Source: Anaeramoeba ignava BMAN
Lineage: Eukaryota; Protista; Anaeramoebae
Assembly: GCA_028826165.1 (NCBI GenBank)
Contig: JAPDFW010000118.1
Coordinates: 62,001 to 126,000 of the forward strand
DNA length: 64,000 bases
Reading direction: 5' to 3'
Shown here: piece by piece, positions 1-12,992 of the stretch
Numbering within the stretch: position 1 is the first letter of the stretch
Layout: every line of letters starts with the position of its first letter
Notes under the pieces: generated by a model
The model's database searches: none
Told to the model about the DNA's origin: nothing
The model's input: only the letters and a program-made list of their open reading frames with translations
Program-made: the position numbers and the translations under genes

Positions 1-395
1 TTTTAATTTTAATTTTGATTTTGATTTTAATTTTAATTTTAATTTTAATTTTAAATTTTAATTATGATTTTAAATTTTAATTTTAATTTTAATTTTAATT
101 TTAATTTTGATTTTAATTTTAAATTTTAATTTTAATTTTGATTTTAATATTGATTTTAATTTTAATTTTAATTTTAATATTAATTTTAATTTTAATTTTA
201 ATATTAATTTTGAATTTAATTTTAATTTTAATTTTAATTTTAATTTTAATTTTGATTTTAATTTTAATTTTAATTTTAATATTAATTTTAATTTAATTTT
301 AATTTTAATTTTAATTTTAATTTTAATTTTAATTATAATTTTAATTTTATAAATGAATTTTAATTTTGAATTCAAAATTAATAAGGAATAAGTAC

Positions 396-3300
396 CCAGT
401 AACACTAAGATAAGGATAATCATCTTCGAATTCTATACCACCCATTCCCATCAAAGCTTCATAAGCAAATTCCTGAGAACTACCATCACAACCATAAGAA
501 GGATGAGTTGCATTCCAAGAACAATCAATAACATTTTGCTCACTAAATTGTTTAAAATTTCCTGTTGCCAAATAATATTGTCCTTCAATCACTCCAACTG
601 TACTAAATGCCCAGCAAGAACCACAGAATGCTTGATCTTTTACTGGAGATACTGCTCCAAGTTCGGTCCAATTTAAATTCGTTGGAAGTGAACTTGTGGG
701 TATTCGTGGTTCGTATTCTTCAATTTTATGATTCACTTTTCTTTGTAACATCCCTTTAGGCATTAACATTACAGATCGGAATTCTTCAATTGTCATATCT
801 GCAAAATGATTGACTCCCACTTTTAATTTTAATTTTAATTTTATTTTTTAAATTTTAATTTTAATTTTAATTTTAATTTTAATTTTAATTTTAATTTTAA
901 ATTTTTAATTTAATTTTAATTTTAATTTTAATTTCAATTTTAATTTTAAATTTTTAATTTAATTTGAATTTTAATTTTGATTTTAATTTTAATTTTAATT
1001 TTAATTTTAATTTTAATTTTAATTTTAATTTTAATTTTAATTTTAATTTTAATTTTAATTTTTAATTTTAATTTTAATTTTAATTTTAATTTTAATTTTA
1101 ATTTTAATTTTAATTTTAATTTTTAATTTTAATTTTAATTTTTAATTTTAATTTTAATTTTAATTTTAATTTTAATTTTAATTTTAATTTTAATTTTTAA
1201 TTTTAATTTTAATTTTTAATTTTTAATTTTAATTTTAATTTTTAATTTTAATTTTAATTTTAATTTATAATTTTAATTTTAATTTTAATTTTAATTTTAA
1301 TATTAATATTTAATTTATATTTTTAATTTTAATTTTAATTTTAATTTTAATTTTAATTTTAATTTTAATTTTAATTTTAATTTTAATTTTTAATTTTAAT
1401 TTTAATTTTAATTTTAATTATAAATGAATTTTAATTTTAATTTTAATTTTAATTTTAATTTTAATATTTAATTTTAATTTTAATTTTAATTTTAATTTTA
1501 ATTTTAATTTTAATTTTAATTTTAATTTTAATTTTAATTTTAATTTTAATTTTAATTTTAATTTTAATTTTAATATTAATATTTAATTTACATGTCATAT
1601 CTGTATGTTCTTGATTAAATTCATTAATGTAGCGATAATTATTATAGAAAATTTCTTGTCTTTCTTGTTGTTCCTTTTCATTTGGATAATTTTTGGAATA
1701 CTTTGATTTAAATAAATCAAATAAAGTTTCTGAATTTGAAGATTTTAATGGAGTTAATTTTTTGAAATGAAGAGAATTTCTTCCAAATTTATGTTCTTTA
1801 AGAGAAAAAACAATTTAAAGAATTTTTTTTAATTTAATTCTTATTTGAAAAATTATTATTTTGTTAATTAATTTACCAGGATGAGATGAAGCATTATTAC
1901 AAATTGCAGGAAGAACAAAAGCATTTGGATTAACTTGATTTGGAATATAAGAATAATAATCCATTCTATGAAAAATAATTTAATTTTAATATTAATTTTA
2001 ATTATAATTAAATTTTAATTTTAATTTTGATATTAATTTTAATTTAATTTTAATTTTAATTTTAATTTTAATTTTAATATTAATTTTAATTTTAATTTTA
2101 ATTTTTAATTTTAAATTTTAATTTTAAATTTAAATTTTAATTTTAAATTTTAATTTTAATTTTAATTTTAAATTTAAATTTTAATTTTAAATTTTAATTT
2201 TAATTTTAATTTTAAATTTAAATTCAATTTTAGAAAATTTACACATATTCATCAAAATGAGAACCAAAAACAATATCATAACCAAGCATATGATATTGAA
2301 CAGGAGAGTTTGTATTAAAATCAACATAGAAATGATAAACATTTGTTTTATTATAACCAGGAGGTTGATAAATATATTCCCAAACATTGCATTTAAATCC
2401 TCTAGCAACACCTACTCCAATATAAGTCCAAGTAGACAAATCAGGGAACATTCCAACAAGAGTTTGATTTACTGCATGTGGTTCTGGGTTTTTGTAGCAG
2501 GTTTGATTTGTTTGTGTTGTCCATATTTCATAGTTGTCAACCGTTAAATAATAATCAAGTGTTAATCCACTGTAATAAATTATTCGTTCGTTGTTTGTTG
2601 TGTTGTCATAATCTGTGGATACTGGAATGTGTATGTTTGCATAAGGTAATGAAAATAGCAAATCAACATGATACTTTATTTTTAAAAATTAATTAATTTA
2701 TTTAATAATTTAATAATAATAAATAAAATTATAAATAAAATTATAAATAAAATTATAAATTAAATTATAAATAAAATTATAAATTAAATTATATATAAAA
2801 TTATAAATTAAATAATAAATAAAATTATAAATAAAATTATAAATAAAATTATAAATTAAATCATAAATTAAATTATAAATAAAATTATAAATTAAATTAT
2901 AAATAAAATTATAAATTAAATTATAAATTAAATTATAAATTAAATTATAAATTAAATTATAAATTAAATTATAAATTAAATTATAAATTAAATTATAAAT
3001 AAAATTATAAATAAAATTATAAATAAAATTATAAATTAAATTATAAATAAAATTATAAATAAAATAATAAAATAAAATTATAAATTAAATTATAAATAAA
3101 AATTATAAATTAAATTATAAATAAAATTATAAATAAAAATTATAAATTAAATTATATATAAAATTATAAATTAAATAATAAATAAAATAATAAATAAAAT
3201 TATAAATTAAATTATAAATAAAATAATAAATTAAATTATAAATAAAAATTATAAATAAAATTATAAATAAAATTATAAATAAAATTATAAATAAAAATTA

Positions 3301-4835
3301 TAAATAAAATTATAAATAAAATTATAAATTAAATTATAAATTAAATTATAAATTAAAATTATAAATAAAATAATAAATTAAATTATAAATTAAATTATAA
3401 ATAAAATTATAAATAAAATTATAAATTAAATTATAAATTAAATTATAAATAAAATTATAAATAAAATTATAAATAAAATTATAAATAAAATTATAAATAA
3501 AATTATAAATTAAAATTATAAATAAAATTATAAATTAAAAATTATAAATAAAATAATAAATAAAATTATAAATAAAATTATAAATAAAAATTATAAATTA
3601 AAAATTATAAATAAAATTATAAATTAAATTATAAATAAAATTATAAATTAAATTATAAATAAAATTATAAATTAAAATTATAAATTAAATTATAAATTAA
3701 ATTATAAATTAAATTATAAATAAAATTATAAATAAAATTATAAATAAAATTATAAATAAAATTATAAAATAAAATCATAAATAAAATTATAAATAAAATT
3801 ATAAAATAAAATTATAAATTAAAATTATAAATTAAATTATAAATTAAATTATAAATTAAATTATAAAATAAAATTATAAATTAAATTATAAATAAAATTA
3901 TAAATAAAATTATAAATTAAATTATAAATAAAATTATAAAATAAAATAATAAATAAAATTATAAATAAAATTATAAAATAAAAATTATAAATAAAATTAT
4001 AAATAAAATCATAAATAAAATTATAAATAAAATTATAAATAAAATTATAAATAAAATTATAAATGGAATTATAAATAAAATTATAAATAAAATTATAAAT
4101 AAAATTATAAATAAAATTATAAAATAAATTATAAATAAAATTATAAATTAAATTATAAATAAAAATTATAAATTAAATTATAAATAAAATTATAAATAAA
4201 ATTTATAAATTGAATTTATAAATAAAATTATAAATAAATTTTATATAAAAATTTTAAATAAATTTATAAATAAAATTATAAAATAAATTTATAAATAAAA
4301 TTATAAATTAAATTATAAATTAAATTATAAATTAAAATTATAAATTAAAATATAAATTAAATTATAAATAAAATTATATATTAAATTAAAAAATAAAATA
4401 AAAATTATAAAAAAATAAAATTATAAAAAAATTATTAAATTAAATTATAAATAAATTTATAAATTAAATTATAAATTAAATTATAAATAAAATTATATAT
4501 TAAATTATAAATAAAATTATAAATTAAATTATAAATAAACTTATAAATAAACTTATAAATAAACTTATAAATAAACTTATAAATAAAATTATAAATAAAA
4601 ATATAAATAAAATTATAAATAAATTATAAATAAAAATATAAATAAAATTATAAATAAATTTATAAATTAAAATTATAAATAAAATTATAAATAAAATTAT
4701 AAATTAAATTATAAATTAAATTATAAATTAAATTAGATGTATTTTATTTACAATTTCTGGCCAAGTTGGTGGGACTGGATCTGAAAAAGCAAAAAACAAA
4801 AATAAAACAAAGAAAATTAAACTTGTAAATTTCAT
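396..4835 (-). CDS. Cathepsin L-like 26/29-kDa cysteine protease (CfaD-like); 3' end runs off the window start
   Basis: Exons 4835-4752 (signal peptide MKFTSLIFFVLFLFFAFS, then DPVPPTWPEI), 2673-2243, 1965-1877, 1795-1592 (I29 propeptide, ERFNIN-like) and 819-396 (GVNHFADM; catalytic QAFCGSCWAFS). All introns GT-AG and phases join in frame. Confidence 0.9.
822..1590. repeat. Intronic (TTTTAA)n hexamer tract (also 1-350 and 1980-2220)
   Basis: Fills cathepsin introns; source of spurious IL/KI/NF ORFs. Confidence 0.9.
2720..4735. repeat. ~2 kb intronic tandem repeat of an 11-nt unit (AAATTATAAAT / ATAAAATTATA variants)
   Basis: Fills cathepsin intron 1; directly visible. Confidence 0.9.
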
Positions 4836-5045
4836 AATTAAATGAAAATGAAAAAATGAAAAAAAATGAAAAAAAAAATTTTAATTTTTAAATAAAAAAC
4901 ATAAATTTAAAATAATATTAATATATTAAAAGTTATATATAAGAATTATTATAATTATTATTTTTATTTTTTATTTTTTTTATTTTTTTTTTCATTTTTT
5001 TTCTCTTTTAAAAAAATTTTAAAAAAAACAAAACATAACAAGAAA

Positions 5046-8000
5046 ATGGAAGAAAATGAAAGACAGATCTTAATTTACTTAGCAAAATTATGTGAACAAG
5101 CTGAAAGATATGATGGTAAGGATTTTTTATTCTCAAAAAAAAAAAAAAAATTTTAAACAAAAAAAAAAAATAAACTTAATTAATTATTTAAGAGAAAAAA
5201 TAAAAAGAAAATAAGCAAATAAAAAAAAAAACCAACAACAATCGAATTAATTTCTTTTGTTGTAAATTACAAGTTGATAATTTTAATTTCAATTTCAATT
5301 TCAATTTCAATTTCAATTTCAATTTCAATTTCAATTTCAATTTCAATTTCAATTTCAATTTCAATTTTAATTTCAATTTTAATTTCAATTTCAATTTCAA
5401 TTTCAATTTTAATTTTAATTTCAATTTTAATTTTAATTTTAATTTTAATTTCAATTTCAATTTCAATTTCAATTTTAATTTCAATTTCAATTTCAATTTT
5501 AATTTCAATTTCAATTTCAATTTCAATTTTAATTTCAAAATTAATTTTAATTTCAATTTCAAATTCAAATTCAAATTCAATTTTAATTTTAAATTCAATA
5601 TCAATTTTAATTTCAATTTCAATTTTAATTTAAATTTAAATTTCAAAATTAATTTTAATTTCAATTTCAAATTCAAATTCAAATTCAATTTTAATTTTAA
5701 ATTCAATATCAATTTCAATTTTAATTTCAATTTTAATTTTAATTTCAATATCAATTTCAATTTCAATTTCAATTTTAATTTCAATTTCAATTTTAATTTC
5801 AATTTCAATTTCAATTTCAATTTTAATTTCAAAATTAATTTTAATTTCAATTTCAATTTTAATTTTAATTTAAATTTAATATCAATTTCAATTTCAATTT
5901 TAATTTTAATATCAATTTTAATTTTAATATCAATTTTAATTTTAATTTCAATTTTAATTTCAAATTTAATTTTAAATTTTAATATCAAAATTAATTTCAA
6001 TTTCAAATTTTAATTTCAAATTCAATTTTAATTTAAATATCAATATCAATTTTAATTTATAATTTAATTTTAATTTCAATTTCAAATTCAATTTTAATAT
6101 CAAAATTTCAATTTCAATTTCAATTTTAATTTTAATTTCAATTTCAATTTTAATTTCAATTTCAATTTCAATTTCAATTTCAATTTCAATTTCAATTTTA
6201 ATTTCAATTTCAATTTCAATTTCAATTTTAATTTCAATTTCAATTTCAATTTTAATTTTAATTTTAATTTTAATTTTAATTTTAATTTTAATTTTAATTT
6301 TAATTTTAATTTCAATTTCAAATTTAATTTCAATTTCAATTTTAATTTTAATTTTAATATCAATTTTAATTTTAATTTTAATTTCAATTTTAATTTCAAA
6401 TTTAATTTTAATTTTAATTCCAAATTCAAATTCAAATTCAAAATTAAATTTAAAATTAAAATTTTTAATTTCAATTTTAATTTCAATTTCAATTTTAATT
6501 TTAATTTAAATTTCAATTTTAATTTTAATTTCAATTTTAATATCGAATTTAAATTTCAATTTCAAATTTAAATTAAAAATATCAATATCAATTTAAAATT
6601 AAAATCAAAATTTTAAATTTAAATTTTTAAAATTTTTAATTTAAATTTTTAAAATTAAATTTTAAAATTAAAATTTAAATTTTAATTTTAATTTTAAAAA
6701 TTAAAATTAAAATTTAAAATTAAAATTTAAAATTTCAATTTCAATTTTAAAATTAAAATTTTAATTTTAATTTTAATATCAATTTCAATTTCAAATTTAA
6801 TTTTAATTTTAAATTTTAATTTTAATTTTAATTTTAATTTTAATTTTAATTTTAATTTTAATTTTAATTTTAATATCAATTTTAATTTCAATTTTAATTT
6901 TAATTTTAATTTTAATTTCAATTTTAATTTTAATTTCAATTTTAATTTTAATTTTAATTTCAATTTTAATTTTAATTTCAATTTTAATATCAATTTTAAT
7001 TTTAAATTTAAATTTAATTTTAATTTCAATTTTAATATCAATTTTAATTTTAATTTCAATTTCAATTTCAATTTTAAATTTAATTTTAATTTCAATTTCA
7101 AATTTAAATTTAATTTCAATTTTAATTTTAATTCCAAATTCAAATTCAAATTCAATTTATAAATTTAGAAATGGTTGATGCAATGAAACAAATTGCACAA
7201 AAAAAAGGAGCTGAATTAACTGTTGAAGAAAGAAATTTATTATCAGCTGGTTATAAAAATCTTATTGGAGCAAGAAGAAATTCATGGAGAATAATATCAT
7301 CAATTCAACAAAAAGAAGCAAATCAAGGAAATCAAGAATATTCTTCAAAAATCCAAAGTTATAGAACTAAAGTTGAACAAGAATTAACAAAAATTTCTGA
7401 AGAAATTCTTGTTATACTTGATAAAAATTTGATCCCACTTGCAACATCAGATGAAAGTCAAGTTTTTTATTATAAATTGTAAAAAATCAAAATTCATTTA
7501 TTAAAATTAAAATTAAAATTAAAAATTAAAATCAAAATAATTAAAATTAAATAAAAATCAAAATTAAAATTTAAAATTAAAATTAAAATTAAAATTAAAA
7601 TTAAAATTAAAATTAAAATTAAAATTAAAATTAACAGAAAAGGAGATTATTATCGATATCTTGCAGAATTTTCACAAAAAGATGAACGAAAACAAGCTTC
7701 TGAAAAAAGTTTAGAATCATATCAAAAAGCAACAGAAATTTCAGAACGAGCATTAAAACCATCGAATCCAATTCGATTAGGATTAGCATTAAATTTTTCA
7801 GTTTTTTATTATGAAATTCTTAATCTTCAAGAAAAAGCTTGTGATGTTGCAAAACAAGCTTTTGATGAAGCTGTTGTTGAAATTGATTCTTTAACTGATG
7901 AATCTTTAAAAGACTCAACTTTAATTCTCCAATTATTAAGAGATAACTTAAAACTTTGGACTGCTGAAGATTATTTGGAAGATGATAATGATGATGACGA

Positions 8001-8076
8001 TGATGATGATGATGAAGATGATGATGATGATTTGTCTGATGATCAACAAGATGATCAAAAAGATGATCAAAAATAA
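5046..8076 (+). CDS. 14-3-3: 14-3-3 protein with poly-Asp C-terminal tail
   Basis: Exons 5046-5115 ([12 protein letters not shown]), 7169-7478 ([22 protein letters not shown]) and 7638-8076 ([36 protein letters not shown]). Phases match. Confidence 0.97.
5281..7160. repeat. Intronic (ATTTCA/ATTTTA)n hexamer tract
   Basis: Fills 14-3-3 intron 1. Confidence 0.9.
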
Positions 8077-8094
8077 AATTTTTTTTTTCATCCA

Positions 8095-8285
8095 AAAAAT
8101 CAAATAACAAGACATTTACAAAAAATCAAATAACAAAACATTTACAAAAACATTTACAAAAACATTTACAAAAAATCAAATAACAAAACATTTACAAAAA
8201 CATTTACAAAAACATTTACAAAAAATCAAATAACAAAACATTTACAAAAACATTTACAAAAACATTTACAAAAACATTTACAAAA
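8095..8285 (+). repeat. Tandem repeat (AAAAACATTTAC / AAAATCAAATAAC units) just 3' of the 14-3-3 stop
   Basis: About ten CATTTACAAAAA copies interleaved with ATCAAATAACAA. Confidence 0.85.
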
Positions 8286-9046
8286 AAAAAAAAGACACTT
8301 TCTTTTCGTGATTTCTTTTTTTTTTCTTTTTCTCTTTGACAAACTTTAATTCATTTTTTGATCCACTTTTTTTTTTTTTTTTTGATAATTTCTTTTCCAA
8401 AAAAAAATTCCAATAAAAAAAAATCAAATTCAATTACATTTTAATTAATATTTATTTATAAAATTAATAAATAATATTTATTTAATATTTATTTATAAAA
8501 TTAATAAGAAAAATAAATAATATTTAATTAATATTTATTTATTAAATTAATAAGGAAAAAGCAAATAATATTTAATTAATATTTATTTATAAAATTAATA
8601 AGAAAAATAAATAATTTTTATTTAATTTTTATTTATTAAATTAATAAATAGTTTTTATTTAATATTTATTTTATTAAATTTAATAAAGAAAAAGCAAATA
8701 ATATTTCTGTTTTCTTTATTAAGGTTCCAATTTTAATTTATTTATAAAATTAATAAGGAAAAGCAAATAATATTTATTTAATATTTATTTAATTTATTTA
8801 TAAAATTAAAATAATATTTATTTAATATTTATTTTTAAATTGTTTTTAAATTAAAATAATATTTAATTAATATTTATTTATAAATTTAATAAAGAAAAAG
8901 CAAATAATATTTCTGCTTTTCTTTATTAAGGTTCCAATTTTAATTTATTTTTATTTTAAAAGGAAAAAAAATTTATTTTTTCAAATTATTTTTTTTTTTT
9001 TTTTTATTTTTTTTTGTTTTTTTTCGTTTTTTTTTTTAAATTAAAA

Positions 9047-10435
9047 ATGGATCAAAACAATTCAAATAATAAAATAAATACAAATCAACAAATTAATGAA
9101 ATGCACAAACAATCCCCCAAAAAAGAAAATCCCGAAAAAAATAAGGAAATAATAATTGAACCTAATTTAGAACAAGATGACGAACAAGAACTTGATGAAT
9201 TTAATACAAAAAAAGTATTCGAAAACGCACAAACAATCGATGCAAATGAAACAGCAAGTTTTTTAGTGTCAGCAGAAAAATTATTTGGGAATAAAATTTT
9301 ACGACATTTTTTCCAGCATCTTTTTTTTTGGTTAAAATTCTTTGGGGTTTTCCATTCTTGTTATTTACACAAAAAAAACGGAAAAATTTGGAAATTTTTA
9401 AGGAATTTATACCGTTTTTTAATTATTATTCTTCTTCTTTGGTCAATGGGCGGATCAGCTTTTTCTTTTATCGATTCAATAAGAAAAAAGGGGGAAGGAA
9501 TGGAATCGCGAACTTTTGTTCCTGGTTTTTGGGAGGTCACATTGAATAATACAATAACCTCATTTGGGGCAGTTTTTATGTGCACAATCCCATTTGCAAG
9601 TTGGGTTTTTTGCTATCGATTTTTTCGCAAACCACATTTTAATCGGTTATTGAAAAATTTTTTCACTTGCCCAATTAACGGACCTCGTTTGGCAAAGAAA
9701 GTGAGAAAATACATGCTTTTCATAATTGTTTATCCTATTGTGGCGACAGGTGTGAGTTTGACAATAAATTATTCCCAACCTGATCTCAAAGAGCAGATCA
9801 GCAAGCAAAAACATCTTTTTGTTGCCGATCTGCTTTTGACTATTATCGCCTATTGGTTCCAATTCGGAATTGTTACTTTGGCTTCCATTTTGATTCTTTT
9901 TCTTTGCGAACTTCATCTTTTGAGATTGCGCGCATTTCTGGAGATGTTTTTAGATCCAGAAACACCAACAGGATCACTAATGGATATGCATATGGATATG
10001 CAACAAGAAATTGAGAAAACCGCCGAATCTTTTGAAACTTATATTGCTTATGCAACTGGTGCTTTTGGCGTTGGAACTCTTCTTTTGATCTATGCTGTTT
10101 TTGCCATTCCAAAACTTGTCGGTTTCCGTTTTATTTATGTTCTTTTATATTTGGTTCTTGTTTTTTCAATGCTTTGGTCTCCTGCAAAAGTTACTAGTTC
10201 TGCTAGTTCTTTGGCTTCAAAGATCACGTCAACTCATGTTGCTCAGAATTTTTCTCATGAAAAAGTCAATGAATTAACCCTTTTTCATACTTATATTCAA
10301 TCTTGGAAACCTAATTCTGGTTTCCAAATTTTTGATATTACAATTTCAAAAAGTTTGATTACAAAATTGCTTTATATGGTTTTTTCTTTGGTTTTGATTT
10401 TGGTTCAAAAACAATTAATGGATTTTGGATTTTGA
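9047..10435 (+). CDS. Multi-pass membrane protein resembling gustatory-receptor-like (GRL/DUF3537, 7TM ion channel) family
   Basis: Intronless ORF from ATG 9047. About 7 hydrophobic segments after a hydrophilic N-terminus. C-terminal GFQIFDITISKSLITKLLYMVFSLVLILVQ resembles the GR/GRL TM7 signature. Confidence 0.6.
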   Translation: MDQNNSNNKINTNQQINEMHKQSPKKENPEKNKEIIIEPNLEQDDEQELDEFNTKKVFENAQTIDANETASFLVSAEKLFGNKILRHFFQHLFFWLKFFGVFHSCYLHKKNGKIWKFLRNLYRFLIIILLLWSMGGSAFSFIDSIRKKGEGMESRTFVPGFWEVTLNNTITSFGAVFMCTIPFASWVFCYRFFRKPHFNRLLKNFFTCPINGPRLAKKVRKYMLFIIVYPIVATGVSLTINYSQPDLKEQISKQKHLFVADLLLTIIAYWFQFGIVTLASILILFLCELHLLRLRAFLEMFLDPETPTGSLMDMHMDMQQEIEKTAESFETYIAYATGAFGVGTLLLIYAVFAIPKLVGFRFIYVLLYLVLVFSMLWSPAKVTSSASSLASKITSTHVAQNFSHEKVNELTLFHTYIQSWKPNSGFQIFDITISKSLITKLLYMVFSLVLILVQKQLMDFGF

Positions 10436-10566
10436 AATTTTTTCAAATTCTTTTTTTCAAATTCTTTTTTCTTTTTTTTTTTGGGAATGAAAAATAAAAA
10501 ATTATTTTGAAATTTATTTTGGAATTTATTTTAGAATTTATTTTAGAATTTATTTTAGAATTTATT

Positions 10567-12117
10567 TTAAAAATTATTTGTATTAAAAAGTTGTTGAGTT
10601 TGTTCAAGAAGTAAATCTAAATCATCTTCTTGATTTTGATTTAAATTTTCATTTGAATTTTGATTTAAATTTTCATTTAAATTTTGAATTAGATTTTCAT
10701 TTAAATTTTGATTTAAATTTTCATTTAAATTTTGATTTAAATTTTCATTTAAATTTTCATTTAAATTTTGATATTGATTTAGATTTTCATTTGAATTTTC
10801 ATTTGAATTTTCATTTAAATTTTGATTTAAATTTAGATTTAAATTTTGATTTTGATTTAGATTTAAATTTGAATTTTCATTTAAATTTTCATTTAAATTT
10901 TCATTTGGTAATAAAGAATGTAATAAACTTAAATCATCTTGTTTCAACTCAAATTCAATTTTTCCTTGTTTTGATATAGTTTCCAAATTGGAAACAGTAT
11001 CCAAAAAATTCATTTCTTGAATATTAGAAGGAATATAAGAAATAGATTCCAAATCATAAATAATTTGATTTTCAGTTTTTTGTTCTTGTTGAAAAATATC
11101 ACTTGGTTCAAATTCAGAATTTAAATTAGAAATATAATCAACAATGGCTTGTTTCCCTTGAATACAAACATTTATTGGAGGGAATCGCATTGGATTATCA
11201 ACCAAAACAATACTTTTCAATGTGGAAATCAAAGGTAATGTAACAGGAATTTCTGTCAATAAATTCGAAGAAAGAATCAACGTTTCCAAATTAGAAAGTT
11301 GACAAAGTGAATCACTAATTTGAGAAATTTTGTTATTTGATAAATTAAGTATTTGAAGCCTTTTGAAGTATTTGATTGAATAAGGAATTGATTCAATTTG
11401 ATTAAAACTCAAATCCAAAAAAATCAATGAAGATATTCTTTTTAAACCTTGAAGAAATTTAATCATTTTATTATGAGAAATATCTAAATATTTGAGTTCT
11501 TTGAGTAATCTAAACTTGTGCAATCTTGTCAATAAATTGTAACTGAAATCAATTCGTGTAATTTTACTGGAAATATTTTTGATGATTTTGGATCCAATTG
11601 ATTTAATTTGATTTGATGAACAATTGAAAACTTGAAGATCCTTTAATTCTGTTATTGAATCTGGAATTTTATTTAATTTATTATGCGAAATATTAAGGGT
11701 TTGCAAATATTTTAAATTCCCAATCTCTTTTGGGATATTTTCCAGTTTATTTGATGATAAATCCAATTCTAATAATTGAGATACTTGATGAAAAAATTCT
11801 GGATTGATTTTTTCAATTCCACAAAAAGTTGCTGCAATCCATTTTAAATTTTGCAGTCGATTTTCTTGTTCTTTGTTGCTTTTTTTGTTCTTTTTCCGAT
11901 CTTCAATGATTTGTTTCATTTCTTGAGTTGTTAAAAATAATTTTCCTTGATGATAAAAATTATCATTTAAAATTTCTATTTTTTCTTCTGAACAATTTAT
12001 TCTTTCTATTAAAATTGGTGACTTAGTTTCTCCAAGAAAAATTTCAGGAACATAAATTCGAGAGTTTGTTTGTAAAGAATAATGAGATTTTCCAGTTAAA
12101 ATTGTTTCATTTCCCAT
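10567..12117 (-). CDS. Leucine-rich repeat protein with Asn-rich tail
   Basis: Repeated LxxLxLSxNxLxxIP motifs, NPMRFPP cap, NENLNQNL repeats. Confidence 0.9.
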   Translation of the reverse strand: MGNETILTGKSHYSLQTNSRIYVPEIFLGETKSPILIERINCSEEKIEILNDNFYHQGKLFLTTQEMKQIIEDRKKNKKSNKEQENRLQNLKWIAATFCGIEKINPEFFHQVSQLLELDLSSNKLENIPKEIGNLKYLQTLNISHNKLNKIPDSITELKDLQVFNCSSNQIKSIGSKIIKNISSKITRIDFSYNLLTRLHKFRLLKELKYLDISHNKMIKFLQGLKRISSLIFLDLSFNQIESIPYSIKYFKRLQILNLSNNKISQISDSLCQLSNLETLILSSNLLTEIPVTLPLISTLKSIVLVDNPMRFPPINVCIQGKQAIVDYISNLNSEFEPSDIFQQEQKTENQIIYDLESISYIPSNIQEMNFLDTVSNLETISKQGKIEFELKQDDLSLLHSLLPNENLNENLNENSNLNLNQNQNLNLNLNQNLNENSNENSNENLNQYQNLNENLNENLNQNLNENLNQNLNENLIQNLNENLNQNSNENLNQNQEDDLDLLLEQTQQLFNTNNF

Positions 12118-12261
12118 TTTGGAAAAAAAATGTGAAGAAAAAAAATGAAAAATTAATTTTGAATTTAATTTAAAAAAACATTTTAATCCAAAAATAAAAT
12201 TTGTTCCACTTTTTTGTTTAGAAAATATTTTTATTCATCTTTTTTAAAAAATAAAAATATC

Positions 12262-12804
<543 letters not shown>

Positions 12805-12992
12805 TTATTTTTTTTTTGTTTTTTTTTTTAATTTAAAATAATAAAAATAATAAAAATAATAAAAAAAAGAATGAGAAGAATAAAAAAGAATTTTCCATTT
12901 TCTTTTAAACTAAAAAAAAAAGATTAAAAAAAACACGAATTTTGAAAAACGTTTTTTTTTCTTTTTTTTTAAATCTTTTTTAAAATTTGATT

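Noticed and set aside
70-7155. Long ORFs of KL/IL/IS/NF dipeptides (also at 27574, 29230-29792, 46156, 47339-47860, 49145, 57144-58535)
   Set aside because: Stop-free translations of intronic or intergenic simple repeats lying inside introns of well-supported genes.
9328-10277. Short overlapping or antisense ORFs within the GRL-like gene (similarly within 26195-27106, 51689-54541, 59143-59966)
   Set aside because: Shadow ORFs of real coding sequence with no recognisable motifs.
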